From Akkermansia muciniphila (lineage in GTDB: Bacteria > Verrucomicrobiota > Verrucomicrobiia > Limisphaerales > UBA9464): 64,000 nt of DNA. The notes below the pieces were generated by a model. It worked only from the letters and a program-made list of their open reading frames with translations. It ran no database searches and was not told the origin of the DNA. Of this stretch, positions 8,725 through 20,348 are shown in pieces. How positions within the stretch are numbered: position 1 is the first letter of the stretch; every line of letters begins with the position of its first letter. The translations under genes were made by a program, and so were the position numbers. Location of the stretch: NCBI GenBank assembly GCA_945900455.1, contig CAMDJH010000001.1, positions 453 through 64,452 of the forward strand, written 5' to 3'.

Positions 8725-9897
8725 ATGAATTACCCAATAGCGCATCGGGCCGCGACCTTGTCCCCCTCTCTCACCCTGGCGATTGATTCGAAGGCCAAGC
8801 AAATGAAGGCGGACGGCCTTGATGTCGTCGGCTTTGGAGCGGGTGAACCCGACTTTGACACCCCCCAGCACATCAAGGATGCGGCAGCAAAGGCGTTGGC
8901 AGATGGTTTTACGAAGTACACGCCGAGCAGCGGCATTCCGGAATTGCGACAGGCAATAGCGGACAAATTCCAACGAGAGAATGGTCTGACGTACAAGCCG
9001 TCCCAGATCATCGTGAGCTGCGGGGGCAAGCACTCTTGTTTCAATGTGATCCTGTCCACCTGCCAGGAGGGTGACGAAGTGATCATTCCGGCTCCGTATT
9101 GGCTGAGCTATCCGGAGATGGTCAAGTTGGCGGGGGCGAAGTCGGTGATTCTTTCCACGTCAGATCGCACGGAATTCAAGGTTACACCGGAACAATTGCG
9201 TGGGGCGATCACACCGAAGACCCGTCTTTTTGTGCTAAACTCACCGAGCAACCCGACGGGCTCTGTGTACACGCCGGACGAGATTCGGATCCTGGGGGAT
9301 ATTTGTGTGGAGAAGGGGGTGCTCATCATGAGCGATGAGATCTATGAGCACTTGTTGTATGACGGGGCGAAACACCGATCGGTCGCCTCGTTCTCGCCGG
9401 CGCATCTTGAGCACACGATTATTGTGCATGGTTTTGCGAAGGCGTGGAGCATGACGGGTTGGCGGCTGGGGTTTCTGGCCGCACCGGAGCCGGTGGCGAA
9501 GGCAATTGATGCGGTACAGAGTCACAGCACGAGCAATCCGACGTCCTTTGCCCAGAAAGGTGCGGTGGCCGCGTTGACGGGATCACAGGAGCATTTGCCC
9601 CGATGGCTGGCGGAATACGACCGGCGGCGGACGTATGCCTGGCAGAAGTTGAACACGATGCCGGGCGTCAGCTGCGTGAGCAGCAAGGGGGCGTTTTACC
9701 TGTTCCCCAACATCCGCGGCACGGGGCTTCGTTCCGCCGAGTTCTGTTCCCGTCTGCTGGAGCAGGAAAAGGTGGCGGCGGTGCCTGGAATCGCTTTCGG
9801 GGCGGATGACTATATCCGAATCAGTTACGCCACGGGTTTGGCGAACATTGAAAAGGGTTTGGACCGGATGGATCGGTTTGTGCGAACCCTTAAGTAA
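8725..9897 (+). CDS. Class I PLP-dependent aminotransferase (aspartate aminotransferase type)
   Basis: Motifs are GAGEPDFDTPQHI, NSPSNPTG and HGFAKAWSMTGWRLGF (the PLP lysine). The start was moved to MNYPIAHR. Confidence 0.85.
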   Translation: MNYPIAHRAATLSPSLTLAIDSKAKQMKADGLDVVGFGAGEPDFDTPQHIKDAAAKALADGFTKYTPSSGIPELRQAIADKFQRENGLTYKPSQIIVSCGGKHSCFNVILSTCQEGDEVIIPAPYWLSYPEMVKLAGAKSVILSTSDRTEFKVTPEQLRGAITPKTRLFVLNSPSNPTGSVYTPDEIRILGDICVEKGVLIMSDEIYEHLLYDGAKHRSVASFSPAHLEHTIIVHGFAKAWSMTGWRLGFLAAPEPVAKAIDAVQSHSTSNPTSFAQKGAVAALTGSQEHLPRWLAEYDRRRTYAWQKLNTMPGVSCVSSKGAFYLFPNIRGTGLRSAEFCSRLLEQEKVAAVPGIAFGADDYIRISYATGLANIEKGLDRMDRFVRTLK

Positions 9898-9921
9898 ACG
9901 GAATTGGCATTGGCATTGGGC

Positions 9922-11835
9922 CTATGCGCCGCTCGGCACGCGCAGAGCCTCCAGTTCCTCCCAGCGACGGAATAACAGTTCGAGGCGGGCGCGCCCAGCA
10001 TCCAGTTCGGCGTTGAGTTCCGTGGTGCGGTGTCGGTGGGTTTGGTGGAAATCCGGCTCGGCGAACAGGGCTTCCAATTCTCCGATGCGGGCTTCGCACT
10101 CGTGAATGGAGGCTTCCATGCCTTCGAGTTCCCGTTGTTCCTTGAAGTTTAGCTTCCGACCCTTGGGGCCCGCCGCCGTTGCGCTCACTGGTTTGGCAGA
10201 CGGTGCCCCCCCCTTTGCGCCCGTGGGCACGGCAGCGGGGATTGCAGAGGGGGTGATTCGGCGGTTTTTTTGGACCAGATAGTCGTCGAAGTTGCCGACC
10301 GATTGAACGACGCGGGCGTCCCCTTCAAACGCGAGGATGCCGGTGCAGACACGATTTAGGAAATAGCGGTCGTGACTCACGAGGAGGACGCACCCGGGGA
10401 AACTGAGGAGAGCCTCCTCGAGCACGCGGAGTGTGGGCAGATCCAGATCATTGGTCGGTTCGTCGAGGATAAGGAGGTTACCGCCCTGTTTGAGAATCCG
10501 CGCGAGCAACAAGCGGCTGCGCTCTCCGCCGCTGAGATGTTCCACGCGCGTGGTAATCCGGTCGTCGGTGAACAGGAAACGTTTCAAGTAGGCGCGCAGG
10601 GATAGTTTGCTCTCGCCCCATTGGACGAATTCAGTTCCGTCCGAAACTTCCTCCAGGACCGTGCGATCTTCACGGAGTTGGAGCCGATCCTGGTCGACGT
10701 AGTTAAAGCGGGTTAATTGGCCGATTTTGACGTCGCCGCGGGTCGGTGCGAGTTGGCCGAGGATGAGTCGGAGGAGTGTGGTCTTGCCCAGTCCATTCCG
10801 GCCCGTGATGCCGATGCGGTCCCGGGGAGACAGGCTGAAGTCAAGGTCGGAGAATAGGGCCCGCCCGGCGAATTCGATGCTCACTCCGGTGAGATCCACG
10901 ATGCGGTTGCCCAATTGTGGCGGAGGCGGAATGACGAGTTCCATTTCCGACTCGCTATCGGGCGGGGCGTCTCCCTCGATTTCAAAGAAGCGATCGAGCC
11001 GCACCTTGGATTTGCTCGTCTGGGCCTTTGGGCGCCGGCGGACCCAGTCGAGTTCCCGTCGGAGAAACATTTGCCGTTTGTGTTCGACCTGTTCCTCGGA
11101 GGCGAGCTTTTCGGCACGTTGCACCAGGTAGTCGGTGTAATTGCCTTCGTAGGGTTCGAAGATTCCGTTGCGCAGTTCGACGATGCGATTGGCAACCGAG
11201 TCGAGAAAATAACGGTCGTGAGTGACGACCAACAAGGCACCACTGTAACTGGCGAGGAATTCAGTGATCCATTCGACGGAGGCGGTGTCGAGATGGTTGG
11301 TCGGCTCGTCGAGAATGAGGAGGTCGGGGTGGCTGACCAGTGCGCGGGCAAGGGCCACTCGGCGGCGTTCACCACCGGAAAGACCTTCGATCAGGCGCTC
11401 GTCCGCGGGGCAGTCCAGCTGATTGAGGGCGGTGCGAATTCTCGAGTCGAGCGTCCAGCCGTCGAGACGATTGATCTGTTCCTCCAGATCGTCATGGCGG
11501 CGGGTATGACCGGGCAGGGTTTCAAACTGGTGGATGAGGTTGAAGACAAAGCGAGCGCCCTCGCGGACGGCGGCGAGGACGGTGGACTTTGGGTCGAGCT
11601 CGAAATTTTGAGGCAGGTAGCCTGTGATGAGGTCGCGTCGGCGGATGATTTCTCCTTCATCGGGGGCAAGGTCACCGGTGAGAATGCGGAGGAAGGTTGA
11701 TTTGCCGGCACCGTTCCGTCCGACCAGACCGATGCGGTCGCCCTCGTGAATGCCGAGGGTGGCGTGGTCGAGGAGGCTTCGATCGTTGTGTTTTAGGACG
11801 AGATCGCGGGCGGTAATGAGGGGGGAGTCGTTCAC
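9922..11835 (-). CDS. uup: ABC-F family ATPase, Uup-like
   Basis: It has two ABC cassettes (GRNGAGKST/LSGGERRRVALA and GRNGLGKTT/LSGGERSRLLLA), no TM domain, and a C-terminal coiled-coil tail (LNFKEQRELEGMEASIHECEARIGELEALF). Confidence 0.8.
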   Translation of the reverse strand: MNDSPLITARDLVLKHNDRSLLDHATLGIHEGDRIGLVGRNGAGKSTFLRILTGDLAPDEGEIIRRRDLITGYLPQNFELDPKSTVLAAVREGARFVFNLIHQFETLPGHTRRHDDLEEQINRLDGWTLDSRIRTALNQLDCPADERLIEGLSGGERRRVALARALVSHPDLLILDEPTNHLDTASVEWITEFLASYSGALLVVTHDRYFLDSVANRIVELRNGIFEPYEGNYTDYLVQRAEKLASEEQVEHKRQMFLRRELDWVRRRPKAQTSKSKVRLDRFFEIEGDAPPDSESEMELVIPPPPQLGNRIVDLTGVSIEFAGRALFSDLDFSLSPRDRIGITGRNGLGKTTLLRLILGQLAPTRGDVKIGQLTRFNYVDQDRLQLREDRTVLEEVSDGTEFVQWGESKLSLRAYLKRFLFTDDRITTRVEHLSGGERSRLLLARILKQGGNLLILDEPTNDLDLPTLRVLEEALLSFPGCVLLVSHDRYFLNRVCTGILAFEGDARVVQSVGNFDDYLVQKNRRITPSAIPAAVPTGAKGGAPSAKPVSATAAGPKGRKLNFKEQRELEGMEASIHECEARIGELEALFAEPDFHQTHRHRTTELNAELDAGRARLELLFRRWEELEALRVPSGA

Positions 11836-11945
11836 GAAGGCAGGGCGGGTGTTGGCGGTGGGCCGGAGGCAAGTAGCACCAGCTGATTACAACGGATTCT
11901 CGCGAGAATGCCAACCAGAACGGATCCGGCTTTTCGATCGGGCGA

Positions 11946-13100
11946 TCAGTTGCCGATCGGCAGGGTCAATATCGGCGATTTGCCTTGGCTGCTGGCCGAT
12001 TGCAGCATGAAGAGAAGGATCAACATATTAAAGGTCGTCTTCGAATCGCGGTCCGCGTCCTCAATGTAGAACCAATGGTTGCGGTACTGAATGGCGATGA
12101 AGGCTTCCTTGGGGTAGTGCGGGGACGACTTGATCCGCAAGAGGTCGCCCACGACCTGGGTCCAATCGAAGGGTTGCCCATCCGGAAGCTTGGTAACGCC
12201 GACGAGGTGGCGGGCGGCATGTTCCGGTGGAGGTTCAACAGATTGTGACAGGAAGTACATCACTCCGAGCATCGTGCGTCCGCGGAGGCCGATTTCCGTA
12301 CTCAGCCGTTTGAAGGGGTAGGCTGTGATGGGCCATTCACTGAGTTCCGGCTTGAGCTCCAGGAGACGGCGGACGGCGGCGATGTCTTCATTGAGAGGAC
12401 TATCCTCATCGGACGGATTGCGGAGCCAAAAGAGGGGCACTCGTTTATTGCTGTGGCTAATGGCCCAGAGTCCGGCTTTCTGGAGTTGCCGCAGGTGTCG
12501 GGACAGTTCGGCCATCTGTTGAAACCGGGGCGGTTCCTCCGGCGTGGGGCCGGTTGCGGAGGCCGCGTTGCCCACTTCATTGATTCGTTGAACGCAGATC
12601 CGCATGAGCCGCTCGATACTCCAGCCTGATTGGGACAGGAGGACGATGGCATCTGTGGGAATCGGCGATAGCAGGCGGGTGGCAAATTCATCCCCGTTCA
12701 GGGGGGTATAGGTCATCGTGGGCCGTTCCGCCCAATTTGCCCCGGCGCTGAGGTTAAAGCCATCGGCTTGGGCCGCAATGGACTTGGGCGTCAACTGAAC
12801 GTTGCCGCCGGCACCGACGCGGGTTTCGAGCGAGTACTGGGCGACGATCGTGCCCAGTTCGAGAAACAGGGGGGTGTCGTTGTAGCGCAAGCGGACGAGA
12901 TTCAGGAGCATTTGCTCGTTGTTGGAGCGGACGACCTTCTGATTGTAGTCAAACCGTTCATGCTGGATCACGGATGGGCCGAGACCGCGGACGCACCCCG
13001 CAGTGACGGCGACGACGGAGGATGCGATCGCCGAGGACAGAAAATTGCGCCGAGACTCCTTCTTGGGGGGCTCCTGTGCCCGATTCGGCGGAACGGGCAT
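11946..13100 (-). CDS. Hypothetical lipoprotein
   Basis: The start was moved to MPVPPNR. RRNFLSSAIASSVVAVTAGC looks like a Tat-like signal with a lipobox. The conserved-looking C-terminus is YRNHWFYIEDADRDSKTTFNMLILLF. The family is not recognised. Confidence 0.5.
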   Translation of the reverse strand: MPVPPNRAQEPPKKESRRNFLSSAIASSVVAVTAGCVRGLGPSVIQHERFDYNQKVVRSNNEQMLLNLVRLRYNDTPLFLELGTIVAQYSLETRVGAGGNVQLTPKSIAAQADGFNLSAGANWAERPTMTYTPLNGDEFATRLLSPIPTDAIVLLSQSGWSIERLMRICVQRINEVGNAASATGPTPEEPPRFQQMAELSRHLRQLQKAGLWAISHSNKRVPLFWLRNPSDEDSPLNEDIAAVRRLLELKPELSEWPITAYPFKRLSTEIGLRGRTMLGVMYFLSQSVEPPPEHAARHLVGVTKLPDGQPFDWTQVVGDLLRIKSSPHYPKEAFIAIQYRNHWFYIEDADRDSKTTFNMLILLFMLQSASSQGKSPILTLPIGN

Positions 13101-13201
13101 GGATCGGGGCGGGAGCAGGCGGTGAGTTGGGGTGGACACGGTCGACGGTTTAGCGGGAACCAGGGGCGGGAGCCAGTGCGGAGTGCATTGAGAGCCTGTT
13201 T

Positions 13202-14020
13202 TCAAACCGGCTCTGAGGGTTTGCTGCCGATGGCGAGGCCGGCCTGGATGGCGTTCACGAGAGCTGCGACGCGGACCGAGAGGGCGAAGTCCGAAGGTGC
13301 CTCGAGTGTGTAACTGAGCCGCGTGAGATTTTGAAACAGCCAAAACGCTTCCGGCCAGTCCGGGCGAAGACGGGGATCAATCGAGGGGCGGATGACACCG
13401 GGTGAATTCGCCTCGCGACCGTCGATAATGGCTGCGGATTCAATCGGGCAAACGGAGCGGACGGCTCGGACCATGGCAGGGGCGAGCGACGGCCTGGAAT
13501 CCGGATTCAATTCGTAGAGGTAAAACCCCCCGGATTCCCAGTCTTCGTGCAGGCAGAAGCAGGTGTCGAAGGCGGGCAATTTCTGCAGCCAGCGGAGGTG
13601 AGATTGCACTTCGGGGCTCCGGCCCTGGCGGTAATCCCGGTTGAGGTCGATTCCGTCGGCAGATTCCCGGGTGTTTCTCGGAAAACCCGTGGGGTTGAGA
13701 CAGGGGGCGAGCCAGAGTGCCGTGTCGTTGGGCCATGTATTTTTTTCGAGAAGGTGCTGAACGGCAACCGGGCCGGCCGGTTCATCCCCGTGAATTCCCG
13801 CGGAGATGTAGACGTTTCGAGGATTAGTGACACGAGATGTCGGGCTGCGCGTCAGGAATAGGAGGTCCTGGCCAGGGATGGTCGGGAGCGTTTCGACACT
13901 CCATCCATGGTTCAGGGCTGCACGGCGGATGCCGCTTAGGACGGACTCGATCTCGATGGTTTCCCCGAAATAGCCACCCCAATTTTTACCGAGTCGTTCC
14001 ATCGGCGGATTTTCAGGCAT
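13202..14020 (-). CDS. M14-family zinc carboxypeptidase / succinylglutamate desuccinylase-like protein
   Basis: Motifs are ISAGIHGDEPAGPVAV and CLNPTGFPRNTRESADGIDLNRDY, the zinc-ligand motifs of the M14/AstE-AspA group. Confidence 0.7.
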   Translation of the reverse strand: MPENPPMERLGKNWGGYFGETIEIESVLSGIRRAALNHGWSVETLPTIPGQDLLFLTRSPTSRVTNPRNVYISAGIHGDEPAGPVAVQHLLEKNTWPNDTALWLAPCLNPTGFPRNTRESADGIDLNRDYRQGRSPEVQSHLRWLQKLPAFDTCFCLHEDWESGGFYLYELNPDSRPSLAPAMVRAVRSVCPIESAAIIDGREANSPGVIRPSIDPRLRPDWPEAFWLFQNLTRLSYTLEAPSDFALSVRVAALVNAIQAGLAIGSKPSEPV

Positions 14021-14062
14021 AAATGCACTGGCAACCTACGTTCCGCGACCGGTCCGAACGAA

Positions 14063-14293
14063 TCAGTGGGGTCGGACGAAGTGCCACCAAGCCGCTCCGG
14101 CCACCGCGACCAGGATCACCAGGACCAGAATTAACTTCATCAAGATCATCGACACCTTCCAAGTGATGATCGATCCCAGGATGACGAACATGCCCACCGC
14201 AACGAGCAGAACGATAGGATGCTGACTCAATTGGCCACTGATGGTATCGCCGATTGTCGTTAGCGCCAGCATTGGAGGACAGGCTGAGTTCAA
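14063..14293 (-). CDS. Small membrane protein (2 TM helices)
   Basis: 76 aa with two hydrophobic helices (IVLLVAVGMFVILGSII and LILVLVILVAVAGAAWW). It sits tightly packed between the DAHP synthase and M14 genes. Confidence 0.45.
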   Translation of the reverse strand: MNSACPPMLALTTIGDTISGQLSQHPIVLLVAVGMFVILGSIITWKVSMILMKLILVLVILVAVAGAAWWHFVRPH

Positions 14294-14330
14294 TGCAAAC
14301 AGGCAATGGAGGGATTGAATATCTGTCGGG

Positions 14331-15401
14331 TCATGCGGCTACGGCCGCACGTTTGGCAGACTTTCTCAGTCGTTCCGCGCCATGCAGAATCATTCGCTCC
14401 GTCGTTTCCCAACCGAGGCACGCGTCTGTCACGCTGACTCCGTAGTTGAGTTCGGACGCTGCCTTGAGCGGTTGGCTGCCCTCATGCAGGTGACTTTCAA
14501 TCATGACCCCAATGAGTGGTTCACAGCCTTCCGCCCGTTGGGCGATCAGGTTTTGCCAGACTTCCTCCTGCCGGGTGTGGAGTTTTCCGGAATTTGCGTG
14601 GCTGCAATCCACCATCAGGACCGGCGGTAGCTTGGCCTTGCGCAACTGCTCCGCTGCGTCGGCGATGCTGGCTGCGTCAAAATTCGTGCGGGAGCGGCCT
14701 CCGCGTAACACCACGTGGCCATCGGGATTACCGGTGGTCCGGACGACCGCCGCGAATCCTTCCTGGTCGATTCCCAGAAAATGGTGCGGATGCCGGGCTG
14801 AGAGCATGGCGTCGACGGCGATCTGCAGGGACCCGTCGGTCCCGTTCTTGAAGCCGACTGGCATCGACAATCCGCTCGCCATCTCACGATGCGTTTGGCT
14901 TTCCGTTGTGCGTGCGCCAATGGCCGCCCAGGATACCAAGTCGGCGAGGTGTTGCGGGACGATGGGGTCCAGAAACTCGGTCGCGGCCGGCAGGCCTAGG
15001 GTGTTTACGTCGAGCAGCAGCTTGCGACCGATTCGCAGGCCCGCCTCGATGTCGTAGCTACCGTCCAGATGGGGATCGTTGATCAAGCCCTTCCAGCCGA
15101 TGGTAGTACGTGGTTTCTCAAAATAGACCCGCATCACGAGGAAAAACTGGTCCTTCACCTTTTGGTTGAGGGCGGCAAGGCGGCGGGCGTACTCGAGGGC
15201 CGAGGCGGAGTCATGAATCGAGCACGGTCCGAGAACCAGCAGCAGACGATCGTCCTGTTGGTTGAGGATGCGTTTCACCGTCAGGCGGCCACCGACGACC
15301 GTGGCATTTGCCGCCTCGGTCATCGGTAACGCCGATTTCAAGCCACATGGGCTTAAAAGGCGATGGGTGGAAATCACCCGAAGATCATTGGTTTGCTGCA
15401 T
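14331..15401 (-). CDS. aroG: 3-deoxy-7-phosphoheptulonate (DAHP) synthase, class I
   Basis: The N-terminus MQQTNDLRV...[15 protein letters not shown] and the segment [22 protein letters not shown] are collinear with AroF/G/H. The start was moved to 15401. Confidence 0.88.
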   Translation of the reverse strand: MQQTNDLRVISTHRLLSPCGLKSALPMTEAANATVVGGRLTVKRILNQQDDRLLLVLGPCSIHDSASALEYARRLAALNQKVKDQFFLVMRVYFEKPRTTIGWKGLINDPHLDGSYDIEAGLRIGRKLLLDVNTLGLPAATEFLDPIVPQHLADLVSWAAIGARTTESQTHREMASGLSMPVGFKNGTDGSLQIAVDAMLSARHPHHFLGIDQEGFAAVVRTTGNPDGHVVLRGGRSRTNFDAASIADAAEQLRKAKLPPVLMVDCSHANSGKLHTRQEEVWQNLIAQRAEGCEPLIGVMIESHLHEGSQPLKAASELNYGVSVTDACLGWETTERMILHGAERLRKSAKRAAVAA

Positions 15402-15596
15402 AACCGTCGTTGGAACATAGCGGGGAGACGCGCGTTGACGCAAGGAACGCCGCGTTCAACTCTCAAGATCCGACTTGAACGGAAGACGCGCACCGATGGA
15501 CGGTATCCTGTGGTAAGTTTCATATCGTCGCATCAGGATATGTTGATTTGATTCTTGTCGGCGTCGTGCAAGTTTTCTACATTGAGCGTCACGATC

Positions 15597-18500
15597 ATGA
15601 GTGTAACGGCTGATTTCCGAAGGCAACGCACGCGGCAACTCGAAGAATTGCTCGCCCGGCGCATACTCATTCTCGATGGCGCCATGGGGACGGTAATCCA
15701 GCGATACAAGCTGGGGGAGGCCCAATTTCGAGGCGAGCGTTTTGCCGGCTGGAAAGGGAAGGATCTGAGGGGCAACAACGAACTGCTCCAACTGACGCAG
15801 CCGCAGGTGATCGCGGAAATCCACCGTCACTATTTGGAAGCCGGGGCGGACATCATCGAGACGAACACGTTTTCGGCGACCACGATTGGTCAGCATGATT
15901 TTCTTTTCGCGAGACACTCCGAGGGGCGCAAAGATCAGGCGTTTTTTGATGAAGTGGTCAACGACGCGGCGTTGCAAGCGATCGTCCGCGAACTGAATCG
16001 GGCAGCGGCCCGACTTGCCGGCGATGCGGCTTCGGAAGTCGAAACGCGGACGGGGACGCCGCGGTTTGTGGCGGGAGCCATCGGGCCCATGCCGGTGACG
16101 GCCTCGTTGTCTCCCGAAGTGAGTGATGCGGGATTTCGGTCGGTGAACTTTGAACAGCTCCGTCGCGCCTACCGTGAGCAGATTGAGACGTTGGTGGACG
16201 GCGGGGTGGACATTTTATTGGTTGAGACCATTTTTGATACGCTGAATGCGAAGGCGGCACTTTTTGCCATTGAGGAGGTTTTCGAGGGGATTGGGTACCG
16301 GTTGCCAGTGATGATTTCGGGGACGATCACCGATCTGTCCGGCCGGACGCTGACGGGGCAGACGGTGGAGGCGTTTTGGAATTCCGTCCGGCATACGAAG
16401 CCCTTGAGTATTGGTTTCAACTGCGCGCTGGGGCCGAAGGAAATGCGGGCTTACGTCGAAGAGTTGCATCGTGTCGCGGACGCGCGGATTTGCGTCTATC
16501 CGAATGCGGGCCTTCCGGATGCCCTGTCGGAGACTGGTTTTCCGGAGACACCCGAGTCGCTGGCACCGCAGATCCGACCCTGGGCGGAAGCGGGTTGGGT
16601 CAATATTGTTGGTGGCTGTTGCGGCACGACCCCTCCGCACATTGCGGCGATTGCCCGGGCGGTGTCGGATTGCCGGCCGCGCGCAGTTATTTCTGTCGAG
16701 CCATACCTTCGGCTGTCCGGGCTGGAAGCCTTTGCCCACACACCGAACATTCCTTTCATCAACATTGGGGAACGAACGAACGTGACGGGTTCGCCCAAAT
16801 TTTCGAAGTTGATCCTGGCGGGGCAATACGACGAAGCCCTGGCTATTGCGAAGCAGCAGGTCGAGAACGGCGCGCAGATCATCGACGTCAACATGGACGA
16901 AGGGATGCTGGATGGTGTCGCAGCGATGACGCGGTTTCTCAATCTGATTGCGTCGGAGCCGGACATCGCCCGGGTGCCGGTCATGATTGATTCCTCGAAA
17001 TGGAGTGTGATCGAAGCGGGCCTTCGTTGCGTGCAAGGGAAGGGGATCGTGAACTCCATTTCGCTCAAGGAGGGGGAGGAAAAGTTCCTGAGCCAAGCCC
17101 GGTTGGTCCAGCGTTACGGGGCGGCGGTGGTGGTCATGGCGTTCGACGAACAGGGCCAAGCGGACACGTTGGAGCGGAAGATTCAGATCTGCCAGCGGAG
17201 CTATGACCTGCTGGTGGGGAGGGCAGGTTTTGCGCCGGAAGATATCATTTTTGATCCCAACGTTCTGACCGTCGCGACGGGGATTGAGGAGCACAACAAC
17301 TACGCCGTGAACTTCATCGAGGCGACTCGATGGATCAAAAAGAATCTCCCACGGGCACGTGTGAGCGGTGGAATCTCGAACATTTCCTTCAGCTTCCGTG
17401 GAAACAATCAGGTGCGAGAGGCCATGCATTCAGCCTTCCTGTACCACGCCATCCGCGCGGGACTGGACATGGGGATTGTGAATGCCGGCATGCTCGAAGT
17501 GTACGAGAAGATCCCGGCGGACCTGAAAGAGCGGGTTGAGGATGTGCTTTGGAATCGCAGACCGGACGCAACGGAGCGACTGGTTGCGTTGGGCGAAGAG
17601 TTAAAGCGGAAATCCGCCGGCATCTCCGAGGCGAGTGTGAAGGCTGATGAAGCCTGGCGGGCACTGCCGGTCGAGCAGCGGCTCGAACACGCCCTGGTTA
17701 AGGGGCTTGACGCGTTTGTCGAAGTGGATGCCGAAGAGGCTCGGAAGAAATATGGCCGCCCGCTCGCGGTCATCGAAGGTCCGTTGATGGCCGGGATGAA
17801 TGTCGTCGGCGATCTTTTCGGTGCCGGGAAAATGTTTCTCCCGCAGGTGGTGAAATCGGCCCGTGTCATGAAAAAGGCCGTGGCCCACCTCACCCCGTTT
17901 CTGGAGGCGGAAAAAAAGGAAGCGATCGCGGCGGGGCGCGCCGTTCGGACTCAGGGCAGGATTCTCATGGCCACTGTCCGAGGAGACGTGCACGACATTG
18001 GTAAGAACATCGTGGGTGTCGTTCTCGGGTGCAACAACTACGACGTCATCGACCTTGGGGTCATGGTGTCCTGCGACAAGATCCTCGACGAAGCGGTCAA
18101 GCACGCTGTGGACGTCATCGGGCTCAGCGGGTTGATCACGCCGTCGTTGGATGAAATGCAGCATGTCGCCCGTGAGATGGAGCGGCGGGGAATGAAGCAA
18201 CCGCTGCTGATCGGCGGCGCGACGACCAGCAAGGCGCACACGGCGGTGAAGATTGCCCCGGGCTATTCCCAACCGGTCGTGCACGTGCTTGATGCGAGCC
18301 GGGCTGTTCCGGTGGTGAGCAGCCTGATTAGTCCGGAGCTGAAACCCGCATTCGCACAGCAAATTCGAGAGGAATACGAGCAGGTCCGCCGAACGCATGC
18401 GGGACAACGCCAGACGCTCTTGTCGCTCGCCGAAGCCCGTCGACGCGGGGCGAAGATCACATTTGCGGACCTGCCGAAGCCGGAATTCACCGGGGTGCGG

Positions 18501-19442
18501 GTGTTGTCGTCGGAGGCAACGCCGGGGGATGCGTCGTCGCGGATCCAGATTGCCGACTTGATACCCTTCATAGATTGGTCCCCGTTTTTTCATACCTGGG
18601 AGCTTCGCGGGCGGTATCCAGCCATCTTGCAACACGAACGGCACGGCGAGCAGGCCCGCGCGTTGTTTGCCGACGCCCAAACGTTGCTGGACCGGATGAG
18701 CTGCGAACGCTGGTTGGGCCTGCGCGCTGTGTATGGGATTTTCCCGGCCAACCGCGTGGGGGATGACGTCGAGGTATACACGGATGAAACCCGGAGCACC
18801 GTGCGCGCGCAGTTTCACTTTCTGCGCCAACAGGCCCCGAAGACGGATGGCACGCCGCAAGGGTGCCTCGCGGACTTCATTGCGCCCCGGTCCACCGCAG
18901 GGACGGTGGAGGTAACCGCCGCGGACACCCTTGGGGCGTTTGCGGTGACGGCTGGAATCGGACTCAAGGAGGTCGTCGACGGGTTCAAGGCGCGACACGA
19001 CGACTACAGTGCGATCATGGCCGAGGCGCTGGCGGACCGTTTGGCGGAGGCATTTGCGGAGTATCTCCACAAGCGGGTGCGCTGCGACTGGGGCTTTGGG
19101 AGGACTGAACAGCTCAGCACTGAACAGTTGATCCATGAAGACTACCGTGGGATTCGGCCGGCGGCGGGATATCCCGCCTGCCCGGACCACACGGAAAAGG
19201 AGACATTGTGGGAGTTGCTGTCGGCGGAGGAGAAAACCGGCATTCGACTGACCGAGAGCTTTGCGATGTGGCCGGGGTCGAGTGTCAGTGGTCTTTATTT
19301 TTCACATCCCGAGGCCCGATATTTTGCCGTGGGGAAACTCGGACTGGATCAAGTCGCTGATCTTGCGCAGCGGAAGGGCAAGACCGTGCGCGAGATGGAG
19401 CGTTGGCTGGGACCGTGGCTGAATTACGATCCCGGTACCTGA
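15597..19442 (+). CDS. metH: Cobalamin-dependent methionine synthase
   Basis: 1281 aa with the full module order: Hcy-binding ([10 protein letters not shown]), pterin-binding, B12-binding ([12 protein letters not shown], the DxHxxG motif) and the AdoMet activation domain ([12 protein letters not shown]). The start was moved to MSVTADF. Confidence 0.95.
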   Translation: MSVTADFRRQRTRQLEELLARRILILDGAMGTVIQRYKLGEAQFRGERFAGWKGKDLRGNNELLQLTQPQVIAEIHRHYLEAGADIIETNTFSATTIGQHDFLFARHSEGRKDQAFFDEVVNDAALQAIVRELNRAAARLAGDAASEVETRTGTPRFVAGAIGPMPVTASLSPEVSDAGFRSVNFEQLRRAYREQIETLVDGGVDILLVETIFDTLNAKAALFAIEEVFEGIGYRLPVMISGTITDLSGRTLTGQTVEAFWNSVRHTKPLSIGFNCALGPKEMRAYVEELHRVADARICVYPNAGLPDALSETGFPETPESLAPQIRPWAEAGWVNIVGGCCGTTPPHIAAIARAVSDCRPRAVISVEPYLRLSGLEAFAHTPNIPFINIGERTNVTGSPKFSKLILAGQYDEALAIAKQQVENGAQIIDVNMDEGMLDGVAAMTRFLNLIASEPDIARVPVMIDSSKWSVIEAGLRCVQGKGIVNSISLKEGEEKFLSQARLVQRYGAAVVVMAFDEQGQADTLERKIQICQRSYDLLVGRAGFAPEDIIFDPNVLTVATGIEEHNNYAVNFIEATRWIKKNLPRARVSGGISNISFSFRGNNQVREAMHSAFLYHAIRAGLDMGIVNAGMLEVYEKIPADLKERVEDVLWNRRPDATERLVALGEELKRKSAGISEASVKADEAWRALPVEQRLEHALVKGLDAFVEVDAEEARKKYGRPLAVIEGPLMAGMNVVGDLFGAGKMFLPQVVKSARVMKKAVAHLTPFLEAEKKEAIAAGRAVRTQGRILMATVRGDVHDIGKNIVGVVLGCNNYDVIDLGVMVSCDKILDEAVKHAVDVIGLSGLITPSLDEMQHVAREMERRGMKQPLLIGGATTSKAHTAVKIAPGYSQPVVHVLDASRAVPVVSSLISPELKPAFAQQIREEYEQVRRTHAGQRQTLLSLAEARRRGAKITFADLPKPEFTGVRVLSSEATPGDASSRIQIADLIPFIDWSPFFHTWELRGRYPAILQHERHGEQARALFADAQTLLDRMSCERWLGLRAVYGIFPANRVGDDVEVYTDETRSTVRAQFHFLRQQAPKTDGTPQGCLADFIAPRSTAGTVEVTAADTLGAFAVTAGIGLKEVVDGFKARHDDYSAIMAEALADRLAEAFAEYLHKRVRCDWGFGRTEQLSTEQLIHEDYRGIRPAAGYPACPDHTEKETLWELLSAEEKTGIRLTESFAMWPGSSVSGLYFSHPEARYFAVGKLGLDQVADLAQRKGKTVREMERWLGPWLNYDPGT

Positions 19443-19500
19443 TCGGGGAACTGGACGCCTTGGCTCTGTCTTAGGACCCGCCTAGGCACAAGGGGTTTCG

Positions 19501-19911
19501 TCATTCTGTTCTGCGTTTGATCCGGGACGAGTGGACAGGGGCGGTTGGCGTGGTTCCGACCACCTCGGCTACCCAGCAACAGTCCGATCGCACGGCATTC
19601 AACTTCCGCAGATCACCCCGGAAGATCGGATGGGTGGGCAGGCAGTCCTGGAGACAGCGCAATTGCCAGTCCAATTCACGCGGACGTTCCGTCGGCAGGG
19701 AATAAATCATCCATTGTTCATGCCGCCGGGACACCACCAGTCCGCGCTGGCGCAAATACGCCAGATGCTTCGAGGCCGAGACCTGCGTCAGGCCGAGAAT
19801 GTCTTGCAGGTGACAAACGCAGAGCGGCGACTGCGCGAGCAGGTGGACGATGCGCAGGCGGGTTTCATCACAGAGACAGTTGTAAACCTCGAGGAGGCGC
19901 GGTTTGTTCAT
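19501..19911 (-). CDS. ArsR/SmtB-family transcriptional regulator
   Basis: LCDETRLRIVHLLAQSPLCVCHLQDILGLTQVSASKHLAYLRQRGLV is a typical ArsR wHTH. Confidence 0.8.
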   Translation of the reverse strand: MNKPRLLEVYNCLCDETRLRIVHLLAQSPLCVCHLQDILGLTQVSASKHLAYLRQRGLVVSRRHEQWMIYSLPTERPRELDWQLRCLQDCLPTHPIFRGDLRKLNAVRSDCCWVAEVVGTTPTAPVHSSRIKRRTE

Positions 19912-20042
19912 ACCAGTGTCAGGAATATACCTGTATAAGAATTAGCGTCAATCCTCCCGAAGCTCGATTTTTTGTCCTTGTTTGTGATCCCTCGCCTTGA
20001 ACATCGAAACCGGCCGGCATTCAAATCTGCCCCTCCCGGGGG

Positions 20043-20322
20043 ATGACGGCCATTGGACTCTTGCAAAGAATGACTCCAATGCTTCAGGGGTCCATGCTCT
20101 GGACAATTGGGATTGCCACGCTTGGTTGCTGCACTCGGGTCGGGGCGCCGACCGAATGGCCGCTCACGGCGCCCGGAGGCAACGAACTATACCGAAACAA
20201 GCCGATACGAAGACGTTATCTCGTACATGAAAGGGATGGCTACGGCGTCGACGGAGATTCATCTCAGAACGTACGGCCATACCTTTGAAGGTCGCGCAAC
20301 GCCGACGGCAATGAGCGCGTGA
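20043..20322 (+). pseudogene. Remnant of an M14-like peptidase gene (N-terminal ~90 codons, frameshifted and truncated)
   Basis: One frame gives a signal/lipobox (MLWTIGIATLGCC...APTEWPLTAPGG). A second frame continues with NYTETSRYEDVISYMKGMATASTEIHLRTYGHTFEGR, which matches the N-terminal pattern of secreted M14-like peptidases, and then stops at 20322. No catalytic part follows. Confidence 0.4.
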
Positions 20323-20348
20323 ATGTGCGCACCGGCTCGCGTCGCTTC

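Noticed and set aside
15402-15596. A possible riboswitch (cobalamin, SAM or SAH) in the 195-nt leader between the DAHP synthase and metH starts
   Set aside because: I could not find the B12-box core or the SAM/SAH conserved helices by eye. This would need a cmscan against Rfam.
16215-19190. Two very long minus-strand ORFs (404 and 529 aa) lying antisense to metH
   Set aside because: They lie entirely inside a confidently identified metH. Their translations are Arg/Pro/Gly/His-rich low-complexity sequence, typical of antisense frames in GC-rich DNA, and have no recognisable motifs.
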